Positions 1 to 9,650 of a DNA stretch of 64,000 nt are shown here, piece after piece. The stretch is from an uncultured Ignavibacteriales bacterium (GTDB lineage: Bacteria > Bacteroidota > Ignavibacteria > UBA10030 > SZUA-254). Positions within the stretch are counted from its first letter, which is position 1. The number at the start of each line of letters is the position of its first letter. The notes beneath the pieces are model-generated. The model worked only from the letters and a program-made list of their open reading frames with translations, had not been told where the DNA came from and ran no database searches. Where the stretch lies: assembly GCA_963714795.1 (NCBI GenBank), contig CAVQPS010000009.1:385304-449303 (forward strand). The letters run 5' to 3'. Position numbers and translations under genes: made by a program.

Positions 1-355
1 CGGCGATCACTCCGGCGGTACGATTGATAAATCGGTTTGCGGTGAAAAATACAAGTCCGACTGTCAGAGCTCCGAAAATGACGGATGGCAACCGTAATGC
101 CCATGCCATTGCTCCGAAAAAATAAATGCTAACGTACGCACAATAAAAAAACAACGGCGGATGATGATACTTTTCGATCAGGACGGACTGGATTGCGGTG
201 AAGGGTTGTTGAACGACATCGAAGGAGAACGCCTCGTCGTTCCACAAACTTTGGAATTCAAGATGGTACAAACGGAGAGCCAACGCCGCACAGAACAAAA
301 TCGTTGCCATGACCCAGGGAGAACGAATATACGAATTCAAACGTTGTTGTATCAT
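1..355 (-). CDS. GT-C fold membrane glycosyltransferase (PMT/ArnT-like), N-terminal part, runs off the window edge
   Basis: Manual translation from ATG at 355: MIQQRLNSY...ALRLYHLEFQSLWNDEAFS...HHPPLFFY...WALRLPSVIFGALTV. The 'WxDE', 'HPPL' and 'LRLPS' motifs are typical of this family. Not in the ORF track. Confidence 0.8.
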   Translation of the reverse strand, partial: MIQQRLNSYIRSPWVMATILFCAALALRLYHLEFQSLWNDEAFSFDVVQQPFTAIQSVLIEKYHHPPLFFYCAYVSIYFFGAMAWALRLPSVIFGALTVGLVFFTANRFINRTAGVIA

Positions 356-509
356 GATCTCCGAATTTGTTGAGCGGCAAAAACGTTAGAACATCAAGAA
401 ACGATTCCGGACCGATTGATGGTCATTACAGTGAAATTCTTTTAACCATCAAAAATAGAGAAATTCTTCCGGAATTGCCACTACGCTCGTCGGCGCACAG
501 ATGCTTTCC

Positions 510-537
510 TTGACAATGGTCTAAATTATCGTAAATT
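510..537 (+). promoter_or_regulatory. sigma70-type promoter for the S41 protease gene
   Basis: TTGACA (510-515), 16-nt spacer, TAAATT (532-537). Confidence 0.55.
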
Positions 538-623
538 TTTATATAGGTGATGCCGAAAAAACCGCATCCTCGAAGATCGTTCAATAGTAAATCATTCTGA
601 TTCAATCGTTCTAAGGACACATA

Positions 624-2282
624 ATGAAGAAAAAAATTTTATCGCCGTGGTCAATGGTGTTCGTTATCATCGTCACTCTTGCAATCGGTCTCGGAGCGGG
701 TTCTCTGATTTCCGGCGATGCGATCTTCGACCAGCTGAATAAATATAAAGACGTTCTTTCGATCACACAACAATATTACGTCGATGATGTCGATGTCCAA
801 AAACTCAACGAAGCTGCAATCAACGGATTGCTGACACAGCTTGATCCTCATTCGGCGTATCTCCCGCCGCGGCAGACCCAACAGGAGACGGAAAAATTTC
901 AAGGTTCCTATCAGGGCGTCGGGCTGGAAATCATCAACCTCAGTGATACAATCGTTGTCGCGGAACCGATGGGCGGTGGTCCGGCGGCAAAACTCGGCAT
1001 CCTTTCGAATGACCGAATCATTAAAATCAACGACAGTACGGCGGTCGGATTATCGACAGCCGCAGCGTCGCAAAAACTTCGCGGTCCAAAAGGAACGAAT
1101 GTCGGCATTACCGTCCTTCGCGCCGGTGTGAAAGATCCGATCGACTATGAAATTACACGGGATAATATCGCGCTGAACAGCGTCGATGTCGCGTTCATGA
1201 CCACCGACGATGTCGGCTATATCAGCGTCAACCGGTTCAGTGCAACCACACACTCCGAATTACAAACTGCGCTCGGCAATCTCCGGACACAAGGAATGAA
1301 GCGGCTTGTTCTCGATCTTCGCGGAAACCCGGGCGGGTATCTGAATGAAGCGGTGCAGATGGCCGATCTTTTTCTCGACGGCGGCACTCCCGATCATCCC
1401 AAACGCATTGTCTATACAAAAGCGAGAGTATCCGATCTCGAGGAAACATATTTAGCCAAAAGCGGCGATCCGTACGAACATATTCCGCTTATCGTTTTAA
1501 TCAATAACGGCTCTGCCAGCGCCAGTGAGATCGTTGCCGGGGCAATTCAGGATTGGGACCGCGGTCTGATTGTCGGCGAAACCAGTTTCGGGAAAGGGCT
1601 TGTTCAACGGCAATGGGATTTTTCAGACGGCTCGTCTTTACGGCTGACAATCGCCCGTTATTATACGCCGAGCGGCCGGCTCATCCAGCGATCGTACAGC
1701 GGCAAAGACAAGGCGCAGTATACTCAGGAAGCATTTGAGCGAAAAGAAGTTGAAGGAAATAATATTGAACACGCCAACGAACTTGCGAACGGCGGCGATT
1801 CCACAAAACCGAAATTTAAAACCGAGGGCGGCAGGATCGTGTACGGCGGCGGCGGTATAACCCCGGATTATATCACGAAACCGGCAGAACTTACCGAGCA
1901 GACAAAAAATTTCCTGCGCCGCGATATCTTTTTCCCGTTTGTGAATGCATATCTCGATCATGAGGGACGAAACCTCCGGTCCTCATTTTCCAATTTGAAG
2001 TCATTCAAAAAATCATTTAAAGTTTCTGATGGTCTTTTGAAAGAATTTTCAGCGTTTGTCGGTACAAAAGGCATCGCGGTAAACGACACGGCGATGAAAA
2101 CCGATTCCGATTTCATTGCGGCAAGGATCAAAGCATACATCGCCCGCAGTTTCTGGGGCGAAGAAGGATGGTATTCCCTTTTGCTTGACGTCGATACGCA
2201 ATTTCAGAAAGCCGTGACATTGTTTCCCGAGGCGCAAAAAATTGCACGGCTCGACAAACATTCCGGCGATAAAATGGAATAA
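624..2282 (+). CDS. ctpA: S41A carboxy-terminal processing protease (CtpA/Prc-like) with PDZ domain
   Basis: N-terminal TM segment, LDPHSAY, PDZ (GVGLEI...GPAAKLGI), DLRGNPGG, catalytic SASASEI and SFGKG. Confidence 0.92.
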   Translation: MKKKILSPWSMVFVIIVTLAIGLGAGSLISGDAIFDQLNKYKDVLSITQQYYVDDVDVQKLNEAAINGLLTQLDPHSAYLPPRQTQQETEKFQGSYQGVGLEIINLSDTIVVAEPMGGGPAAKLGILSNDRIIKINDSTAVGLSTAAASQKLRGPKGTNVGITVLRAGVKDPIDYEITRDNIALNSVDVAFMTTDDVGYISVNRFSATTHSELQTALGNLRTQGMKRLVLDLRGNPGGYLNEAVQMADLFLDGGTPDHPKRIVYTKARVSDLEETYLAKSGDPYEHIPLIVLINNGSASASEIVAGAIQDWDRGLIVGETSFGKGLVQRQWDFSDGSSLRLTIARYYTPSGRLIQRSYSGKDKAQYTQEAFERKEVEGNNIEHANELANGGDSTKPKFKTEGGRIVYGGGGITPDYITKPAELTEQTKNFLRRDIFFPFVNAYLDHEGRNLRSSFSNLKSFKKSFKVSDGLLKEFSAFVGTKGIAVNDTAMKTDSDFIAARIKAYIARSFWGEEGWYSLLLDVDTQFQKAVTLFPEAQKIARLDKHSGDKME

Positions 2283-2424
2283 TAAGACAATCCTTCACGA
2301 AAGGTTTTCCGGTATTCCCGGTGAGATTTGCAGGAATTAATTTCATTTTTCAGAATGAAGCAATCCGTCATTTTTATGGATAAATAAAAACAGACATCCC
2401 CTCCATCGATCTGTTTTTCTTTTC

Positions 2425-2453
2425 TTGACTCTCTTCGTTTTTCCGCTTACTTT
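2425..2453 (+). promoter_or_regulatory. sigma70-type promoter
   Basis: TTGACT (2425-2430), 17 nt, TACTTT (2448-2453), upstream of ATG 2518. Confidence 0.55.
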
Positions 2454-2517
2454 ACAGTCGTAATCCGCCATGCACACCGACATTTTTCTTCATTTGAATG
2501 CAAAAAGGAAACAGCAT

Positions 2518-5500
2518 ATGAAACGTCTTCCTCTGATTTTTCTCTTTCTTATCCTGTGCACATCCACAAGCATTGTTTGGTATATTTATTCTCATGAGAC
2601 GGCGGGACGACATGAACAGGAAGAACGTTCCGGAGCGCTCGGTGCGTTGAATTACTGGACGGCAATGCGGGCATATCCGAATTCCGACATTCCTTCCACT
2701 GCGTATTACCGTGCATATCAATTGGCAACGGCAAAGAGAAAAGAATACGAGAGAACGATCAGTTCCACGAATATCTGGGAACCGATCGGCCCGACAAATT
2801 TGCATGGCCGTTGCATCAGCGTTGCCATCAACCCGCAAAATCCTAACACGGTCTATTTGGGAACGGCAAGCGGTGGACTGTGGCGTTCCTACACGGGAGG
2901 TCTGGGCGGGGACTGGCTGCAAGTTCCTCTCGGTTACCCGGCACTCGGAATATCAGCCATTGTTATCGATCCCACCGATACAAACACAATCTATATTGGA
3001 ACCGGAGAAGTATACCAATATCAGGCAGCACTCGGAGGACTTGTTGTCCGGACAACCCGCGGAAGTTACGGCATTGGAATTTTGAAGTCGACGAACGCCG
3101 GTGCTTCATGGTCAAAAAGTTTGGATTGGTCGTACAATCAGGAACGCGGTATCGAAAAAATTGAAATGAATCCCCTCAATCATAATACATTGTATGCTGC
3201 AACAACGGAGGGAATTTACAAAACAGTCAACAGCGGTGGTGTATGGACGAATATTTATACTTCGGCGATGGGTGAAGATATCGTTATTAATTCTTCCGAT
3301 ACCAATAATATTCTGGCATCTTTCGGAAATTTCGCTCTTAATCCGCATATCATGAAATCCACCGATGCCGGTACAGATTGGACTCCGACACCGGCGCCCT
3401 CGTTTAGCGGTAAAGCATTGATGTGTGCCTATCGAACAAATCCAAATATCGTTTATGCAAGCATTGCCGACAGCACAACAGGAGTTGGCGGTCTCTGGAA
3501 AAGTACTGATTTTGGTGATTCATGGAATGAAGTAATCGATAGAACCTCGGATGGATTATTTGGAACTCCGGGTAGCGGCCAGGGATGGTATTCTCATTTT
3601 GTGATTGTTCACCCGACCGATTCAAGTCAGATCATTCAGAACAGCGTCAATGTCAGTAAATCGACGGACGGCGGTGTAACATTCTTCGGTGTGGGAACCG
3701 GTTACTCCGATAATCACGGGTATGCCTTTCACCCCACAAATCCGAATATTGTCTATGTTGTGAACGACGACGGGATTTATCGCTCGACAGATTTCGGCAG
3801 CAGCTATGTCAGTGTAGGATCGGGCTTACAAACAGGCCAGTTCTATAACGGATTTTCCTGCTCGGCAACCGATTCATTGATGGCGATCGGCCAATCACAA
3901 GATCATATTCCCGGCTACCGGTATCTCGGTTCCGCGATATGGGATCATGGCACTGTTTCGGATGAGTCCGGCTGGACAGCTACCGATCAGACCAACGACA
4001 ATGTTCAATATTGCGTTGACCGGTATGGAACAGATTTTTTACGATCGAATAACCGCGGGGCTTCATTTTCATATCTTTATACGTTCGGCGGATATGGAAG
4101 CTGGAATTCTCCTTTTGTCGTTTCCACTTCTAACCCTTCGGTACTGTATTTTGCTGATACAAAAATTTATAAGAGCACGAACTCCGGCAGCAACTGGACG
4201 GTAACGAGTAGTTCACCTCTCGATGCAAATAATACTGCACTCTCGATGGCTATCGCGCGTACGAGCCCGGACACCGTCATTGTCGGCATGGCACCTCTGT
4301 ATTCTCAGGCACGACTCTATTGTACGACCAATGGCGGCTCATCATGGACAGACGTCACCGGTACAACGCCCGATCGATATCCTGTCGATCTTGCAATCGA
4401 TCCGAACAATTCGAAAACAATGTATGCGGCATTCGGTGGATTCGGCTCCGGCCATTTATTCAAAACGACAAATACCGGTTCAAGCTGGACCGATATGACC
4501 GGCACACTGCCCGATGTACCGACCGATGCAATCGCGATCGATCCTCTCAACTCAAATTATGTTTATGTCGGCAACGATCTTGGCGTGTATCTTTCCACGG
4601 ATGCCGGATCAACATGGACTCCGTTCAGCAGCGGTTTACCTGATGCGGTCATTGTTGCCGATCTGGTGATTTCTCCATCAAACAGGTCGCTCCGTGTTGC
4701 AACGCATGGTAATGGAGTCTATGAACGGAAGTTATATAACGGAACGGCATTGCCGACATTCGATTATGCCGCTGTTACGTTAAATTTCCCTGCAGACGGG
4801 TCGATGATTCCGCAGGATTCCGTTCTCTCCGGTATCAAGGCGACATTCCAAAATGCCGGAACTCAGGCACAGACCGATTCGTTTTACGTTAAATACCGGA
4901 TTTTGCAAAATAACACCGAGGTGTTTTCTTCATTGAAGAAAACGGGCGGACTTGGCTTGAATGTTTCCAAAATCGTTACATTCGATGACGCATTTACACC
5001 ACCGGACACCGGTACTTTTGCATTGCAGGCAATTTCCCTTGCGGGCGATCAAGACCCGACGAACGACACGGTAAAAGGAACCCTTATCATCGTTGCACCA
5101 TCGATGGTTGCAAATTGGAAAATCACGAAAGGATATTGTCCGTATACGGAGATTGCTATCGGATCTCCCGGTCCGGTTGGTGATGATGTTGAATTACGGG
5201 CAAGCATTCCGTTCTCATTCACTTATGACGGCTTCGGTTATGATTCCGTCCAGATCAGCACGAATGGCTGGATGGAATTGGGAACAGGCACGTCGGGAAC
5301 ATTGCACGGACTTTCGACGGCAAGTCAGGTTGGCGGATATTTTAGTCCTGTTCTCTCGACAACCGACCATCCCACGAAAGTCCTCGGTCCGTGGTTTGCC
5401 GATCTTGCAACAGGATCGACCGGCGTCATTTCGTATACAACGTTGGGAACCGCTCCCAACCGTGTATTTGTCGTGCAGTGGAAAAATATGCCGGCGTATT

Positions 5501-6885
5501 ATGATGAATCGAATACATCGACAAAATTGAATTTTCAAATTCAGCTCGATGAAGGATCGAACATCGTCGAATATCATTATGGTCCGTTGGTCAGCGGAAC
5601 ATATTCAGGCACCGGGGCAGCCATCGGATTGAAAGATTATATCGGCGGCGATTTCAGGTATTATGATATTTCCCGCATGGCAAGCGGACTGGCAAATCAG
5701 CTCGTCATGACTTTGTCCCCGCTCGTCAATTGGCCCGGACAGGACAGTTGCTATCATATCACGACAAATATTTTCGGCGTTACCGTCAGTATCAGTGCGA
5801 ACTGGAATATTATTTCCGATCCGGTTGTAACATTCAATCATTGGTATAAATCATTCTTTCCATCGGCCGGTTCAAGAGCATTTGAGTATCATGCCGGTTA
5901 TCATATCGTTGACTCTCTCGTGGCCGGGAAAGGATACTGGATTAAATTCCCGTCATCGGTCAGCCAGACGATTTTCGGCGACTCGATGGCCACGGTAACG
6001 GCAACGGTTGATAGCGGATGGAACATTATCGGAAGCGTTGATCACACTATATCAGCTCCCACCGGAGGTATGGTTATCAGTAAAACTTTTGCATACAATG
6101 GCAGTTATCAAATCGTCTCGACATTAACCCCCGGAAAAGGATATTGGGTCAAGACCAACATGTCCGGGTCGCTCCCTCTCGGACCCCGGGCATTACCACA
6201 AGTGACAACAGACCCGCTGGATAGCTATACAGAAGTTACTATCGCGGATCAATCCGGCAGGAAACAGAAATTGTATCTTGCACCGGGTACCGACAGTCAT
6301 ATCAACCCCGATTTTTATGCAATGCCGCCGGTCCCGCCTGCCGACGCGTTCGATATACGCTTTGTCAGCCAACGTATGCTGGAAGTTATTCCGCAGAATA
6401 TTCAGGATGCGGCGGTGTTTCCCGTTCAGATGCAGTCGGTAGCATATCCCGTTACCGTAACGTATGCGATCAAGAATTCCAACGGAAAACAGATTATACT
6501 CGACGAACAACAGCCCGGCACCCAACAGCATCACATTCTCAGGGGGGAAGGATCGTTGACAATTTCTGCAGGAAACGAAAATACGTTGTCGATGCGGGTC
6601 ACGAATGGAAAAGAAATTCCGTTGTCCTTCGCTCTCAAACAGAATTTTCCGAACCCATTCAATCCCACAACGAAAATTGCATTCGATGTTCCGGTTGCCA
6701 GCCGCGTCACCATCAAGGTGTACGATATCATCGGAAGGGAAGTCATGACTCCCGCCAACGGTTTCTTCGAAGCGGGATCGTATACGGTTTCCGCGGATTT
6801 TAATGTCCTGGCAAGCGGGATTTATTTTTACCGTCTTACGGCCGGAAATTTTACCGACGTCAAGAAAATGGTTGTGACAAAATAA
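2518..6885 (+). CDS. Large secreted BNR/Asp-box (VPS10-like) beta-propeller protein with CARDB-like and NIDO-like modules and a T9SS C-terminal sorting domain
   Basis: Signal/TM segment MKRLPLIFLFLIL. Many SxDxGxxW Asp-boxes (STDAGTDW, STDFGDSW, TTNGGSSW). C-terminus FALKQNFPNPFNPTTKIAF...SGIYFYRL...KKMVVTK. Confidence 0.85.
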   Translation: MKRLPLIFLFLILCTSTSIVWYIYSHETAGRHEQEERSGALGALNYWTAMRAYPNSDIPSTAYYRAYQLATAKRKEYERTISSTNIWEPIGPTNLHGRCISVAINPQNPNTVYLGTASGGLWRSYTGGLGGDWLQVPLGYPALGISAIVIDPTDTNTIYIGTGEVYQYQAALGGLVVRTTRGSYGIGILKSTNAGASWSKSLDWSYNQERGIEKIEMNPLNHNTLYAATTEGIYKTVNSGGVWTNIYTSAMGEDIVINSSDTNNILASFGNFALNPHIMKSTDAGTDWTPTPAPSFSGKALMCAYRTNPNIVYASIADSTTGVGGLWKSTDFGDSWNEVIDRTSDGLFGTPGSGQGWYSHFVIVHPTDSSQIIQNSVNVSKSTDGGVTFFGVGTGYSDNHGYAFHPTNPNIVYVVNDDGIYRSTDFGSSYVSVGSGLQTGQFYNGFSCSATDSLMAIGQSQDHIPGYRYLGSAIWDHGTVSDESGWTATDQTNDNVQYCVDRYGTDFLRSNNRGASFSYLYTFGGYGSWNSPFVVSTSNPSVLYFADTKIYKSTNSGSNWTVTSSSPLDANNTALSMAIARTSPDTVIVGMAPLYSQARLYCTTNGGSSWTDVTGTTPDRYPVDLAIDPNNSKTMYAAFGGFGSGHLFKTTNTGSSWTDMTGTLPDVPTDAIAIDPLNSNYVYVGNDLGVYLSTDAGSTWTPFSSGLPDAVIVADLVISPSNRSLRVATHGNGVYERKLYNGTALPTFDYAAVTLNFPADGSMIPQDSVLSGIKATFQNAGTQAQTDSFYVKYRILQNNTEVFSSLKKTGGLGLNVSKIVTFDDAFTPPDTGTFALQAISLAGDQDPTNDTVKGTLIIVAPSMVANWKITKGYCPYTEIAIGSPGPVGDDVELRASIPFSFTYDGFGYDSVQISTNGWMELGTGTSGTLHGLSTASQVGGYFSPVLSTTDHPTKVLGPWFADLATGSTGVISYTTLGTAPNRVFVVQWKNMPAYYDESNTSTKLNFQIQLDEGSNIVEYHYGPLVSGTYSGTGAAIGLKDYIGGDFRYYDISRMASGLANQLVMTLSPLVNWPGQDSCYHITTNIFGVTVSISANWNIISDPVVTFNHWYKSFFPSAGSRAFEYHAGYHIVDSLVAGKGYWIKFPSSVSQTIFGDSMATVTATVDSGWNIIGSVDHTISAPTGGMVISKTFAYNGSYQIVSTLTPGKGYWVKTNMSGSLPLGPRALPQVTTDPLDSYTEVTIADQSGRKQKLYLAPGTDSHINPDFYAMPPVPPADAFDIRFVSQRMLEVIPQNIQDAAVFPVQMQSVAYPVTVTYAIKNSNGKQIILDEQQPGTQQHHILRGEGSLTISAGNENTLSMRVTNGKEIPLSFALKQNFPNPFNPTTKIAFDVPVASRVTIKVYDIIGREVMTPANGFFEAGSYTVSADFNVLASGIYFYRLTAGNFTDVKKMVVTK

Positions 6886-6960
6886 TATGAACCGGTGGTT
6901 CCCGTTCGACAACGAACGCATTACATTACTCTGAATCATCGAAGAATTCTCCATGTCTCT

Positions 6961-7003
6961 AACGTTCCAATGTTGAAGGATATGACATTGGAACGTTTTT
7001 TTT
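6961..7003 (+). terminator. Intrinsic terminator
   Basis: Perfect 13-bp stem AACGTTCCAATGT/ACATTGGAACGTT, 11-nt loop, followed by a T tract. Confidence 0.75.
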
Positions 7004-7027
7004 GAGATTTGTTTGCCATTGCCTATA

Positions 7028-9370
7028 ATGAAAAAAATTTATTTCATGTTTTTTATTTTGTTCTGTTGGACATTGAATCCGTCGGAACTTCTATCGCAAC
7101 AATCCATCCTTTTGCACGGTACGGTTTTCGACAATATTTCCGGCGAGCCGCTTCCAACCGCAAACATCCGCGTTGCAGGAACATCGATGGGAACAATCAG
7201 CAACCTGCACGGAAATTATTCGCTGACTCTTGATTCCGGAAAATATGCCATCATTTTCAGTTACCTCGGATACCGACCGGACACATTACAAACAATACTT
7301 CACCACTCGCTTGTGTACGATGTCAGACTCAAACCATCTCCCATCCAAATTCCGGAAGTGGTTGTCGTGGCGGAAGATCCGGCTCTGGAAATCATCCGGA
7401 AAGCCATTGCCCATAAACAGGAATGGATGAAAAAAATCAAGAGTTATCAATTCGATGCATTCACGCGGCAGGTATTACGAAGGGATACGGGCATTGCCAG
7501 CATTACCGAATCATATACGACCGGTTATTGGCGGGCGGGTGACACGCTTCGTGAGTTCGTCAAACAAAAGCGTCAAACCGAAAATATTCCTTCCGAAGAA
7601 AATTTTGCCGCTGTTCGCCGGATTATCAATTTCAACGATGACGAAATTTCGCTCTTTACCATTTACACCAACGGACATGCTTCCGGTTACGTCTTTACCG
7701 GTCCGACGGCACCGAATGCTTTAGAAAAATACGACTATAAATTATTGTCGACTTCAACAACAGACGGTATAGATGTTTATCGGATTATGATGATTCCGAA
7801 AACGCGGACTCAACCGCTCTTTGCAGGGACAATTATAATTGCCAACGGCACGTTTGCGGTCATGGGCGTCGATGTAAAGCCCAATGAGGCTTTCACATTT
7901 CCGTTCGTGAAAGATATCCGGCTCCGGTACCGCCAGCAATTCTCATTGTATGAAGATGAATTCTGGATGCCCGCCGACATCAGCATCGAGGGTAGTTTCG
8001 CTCTTTCGATTATCGGTATTTCGTTTCCGAGCATCGGTATTGAAACAGTGTCTTCGATTTACAACTACGCCATAAACCCCGCTCTTCCCGATACGATATT
8101 CCAGCACGATCGTGTCACGACGGATTCCACCGCGGCACGCTATGATTCCACATTCTGGAAAGCGCACGAAGTTCTCCCGCTCACGTCCGAAGAACAGCAT
8201 GCCTACGAGACACTCGACAGCGCACAAACACTTGAAAAACAATTTCAACCGAGCGGCCCGCTTGCTTCCTTCGGCAATGACAATACCGGATCTCTCATCG
8301 ATCATATCGATGCGCGATTCACACGCGTCGAGGGGTTTTTCGCCGGATGGAAAACCGGCATCGATAATCTTTCTCCATTATTTCGAATCGATGGCGCCGC
8401 AGGAATCAGTTTCAGCGATCAACGATTCAAATACGATCTGGGCGCTACGGTCTATTCATCTTCACGGCACACATTCGGTATCGGCGGCGAATGGTACAGC
8501 CGGCTTGACAATATTCCCGACAATGGATATTACGGGCAGCTCGCTATTTCGCTGATGTCGCTTATCGATAAGGATGATTACCGGGATTATTTTCTTGCAA
8601 ATGGAAGTCGTATATTTTTCAGGACGACACCATCCGGTATGATTGATGCTACCCTTAGTTATGTTTCCGAGCGCGAATACTCGCTCGGCATTCAATCGAC
8701 ATTCAGTTTTTTTTCCACCGGAACACTGTATCGTCCGAATCCGGTCATTGACGACGGCCTCATCCGCAGTATGCGTTTTGATTTGAGAATCGGGGAAGCC
8801 CCTGTTCCGCTCGATCTTGTTTTGCACAATGATCTTGAAATTTCCGTTGAACACTCATCGCCCTCGCTGATGCACAGTGAGTTTGATTTTACCCGGTACA
8901 ACGGATCCTTGTCCTGGAATGTTCAAACGTTCGGAAATTCGTTGCTGTTCCCTCCGGTATTACGTTTGTTGCTGGAAGGCGGCATCGGAGACGGCAACCT
9001 GCCGCCGCAACGGCTGTTCATTCTCGATTCGCGCGCGAGCGGGTATGCGCCGTTTGGCGTCCTGAAAGGATCCAACGTTCACGAATTCTCCGGGAATCGG
9101 TACGTTATGCTTTCTCTCGAACATAATTTCCGCAGTCTGCCGTTCCTCGCTCTCGATATTCCCTTTTTGTACCGCAACAGCATCGAACTTATTACGTACG
9201 GAGCTTTCGCACAAACATGGTACGGTTCAACGTCGTCATCGAACGGCTGGTATGCCGAAACCGGAATCGGACTTGCACGCATATTCGATTTATTGAGAGC
9301 AGATGTAACCTACCGCTGTACACAGCCCCGACGATTTATTTTCTCTCTCAGCATCGCAAACCTTTTTTGA
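7028..9370 (+). CDS. Outer-membrane protein with carboxypeptidase-regulatory-like N-terminal domain and DUF5686-like barrel
   Basis: Signal peptide; GTVFDNISGEPLPTANI...GTISNLHGNYSL...SYLGY; 'DSTFWKAHEVLPLTSEEQHAY' and 'RFTRVEGF' motifs; C-terminal F. Confidence 0.75.
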   Translation: MKKIYFMFFILFCWTLNPSELLSQQSILLHGTVFDNISGEPLPTANIRVAGTSMGTISNLHGNYSLTLDSGKYAIIFSYLGYRPDTLQTILHHSLVYDVRLKPSPIQIPEVVVVAEDPALEIIRKAIAHKQEWMKKIKSYQFDAFTRQVLRRDTGIASITESYTTGYWRAGDTLREFVKQKRQTENIPSEENFAAVRRIINFNDDEISLFTIYTNGHASGYVFTGPTAPNALEKYDYKLLSTSTTDGIDVYRIMMIPKTRTQPLFAGTIIIANGTFAVMGVDVKPNEAFTFPFVKDIRLRYRQQFSLYEDEFWMPADISIEGSFALSIIGISFPSIGIETVSSIYNYAINPALPDTIFQHDRVTTDSTAARYDSTFWKAHEVLPLTSEEQHAYETLDSAQTLEKQFQPSGPLASFGNDNTGSLIDHIDARFTRVEGFFAGWKTGIDNLSPLFRIDGAAGISFSDQRFKYDLGATVYSSSRHTFGIGGEWYSRLDNIPDNGYYGQLAISLMSLIDKDDYRDYFLANGSRIFFRTTPSGMIDATLSYVSEREYSLGIQSTFSFFSTGTLYRPNPVIDDGLIRSMRFDLRIGEAPVPLDLVLHNDLEISVEHSSPSLMHSEFDFTRYNGSLSWNVQTFGNSLLFPPVLRLLLEGGIGDGNLPPQRLFILDSRASGYAPFGVLKGSNVHEFSGNRYVMLSLEHNFRSLPFLALDIPFLYRNSIELITYGAFAQTWYGSTSSSNGWYAETGIGLARIFDLLRADVTYRCTQPRRFIFSLSIANLF

Positions 9371-9465
9371 CGTCCTTTTCCTTGCCACGGAATGGTTTAG
9401 GCAGAGCCGGAGGGAATCTTACTGAACTGGAAATACACTTTAATTCGCAAAGAACAAGACGGCGC

Positions 9466-9576
9466 TGGTACTGTCCTAATTTGTGCGGTCGGGTCTTTCG
9501 ACCCGACCGAAACCCGCCGATGTCAGGTCGAAAGACCTGACATCACTCAGATCCGTTTCATCTTAGAACAGTACCA
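9466..9576. mobile_element. MITE/REPIN-like element: 14-bp terminal inverted repeats enclosing two inverted REP-like hairpins
   Basis: TGGTACTGTCCTAA (9466-9479) and TTAGAACAGTACCA (9563-9576), 13/14 match. Hairpins CGGTCGGGTC-TTTC-GACCCGACCG (9486-9509) and GATGTCAGGTC-GAAA-GACCTGACATC (9519-9544). Confidence 0.6.
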
Positions 9577-9590
9577 CGGCGGTGATATTC

Positions 9591-9619
9591 TTGCTTCTCT
9601 CTTCGATTCTATGTACTTT
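9591..9619 (+). promoter_or_regulatory. sigma70-type promoter for the pullulanase operon
   Basis: TTGCTT (9591-9596), 17 nt, TACTTT (9614-9619). Confidence 0.45.
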
Positions 9620-9650
9620 TCTTTTCATTTACTTACAATCACTGAGAAAT

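Noticed and set aside
161-620. Short ORFs 161-373 (+) and 426-620 (-)
   Set aside because: The first is antisense to the GT-C gene; the second spans the promoter region and has no protein-like features.
2386-2418. Inverted repeat AAAAACAGA...TCTGTTTTT after ctpA
   Set aside because: AT-rich stem with a 15-nt loop; too weak to call a terminator or operator.
6193-6954. 253-aa antisense ORF (also 22644-23399, 48385-48993 and similar)
   Set aside because: Shadow ORFs overlapping well-supported genes on the opposite strand.
9486-9544. Possible CRISPR repeats
   Set aside because: Only two palindromes, inverted relative to each other and 9 nt apart; no spacers or cas genes.
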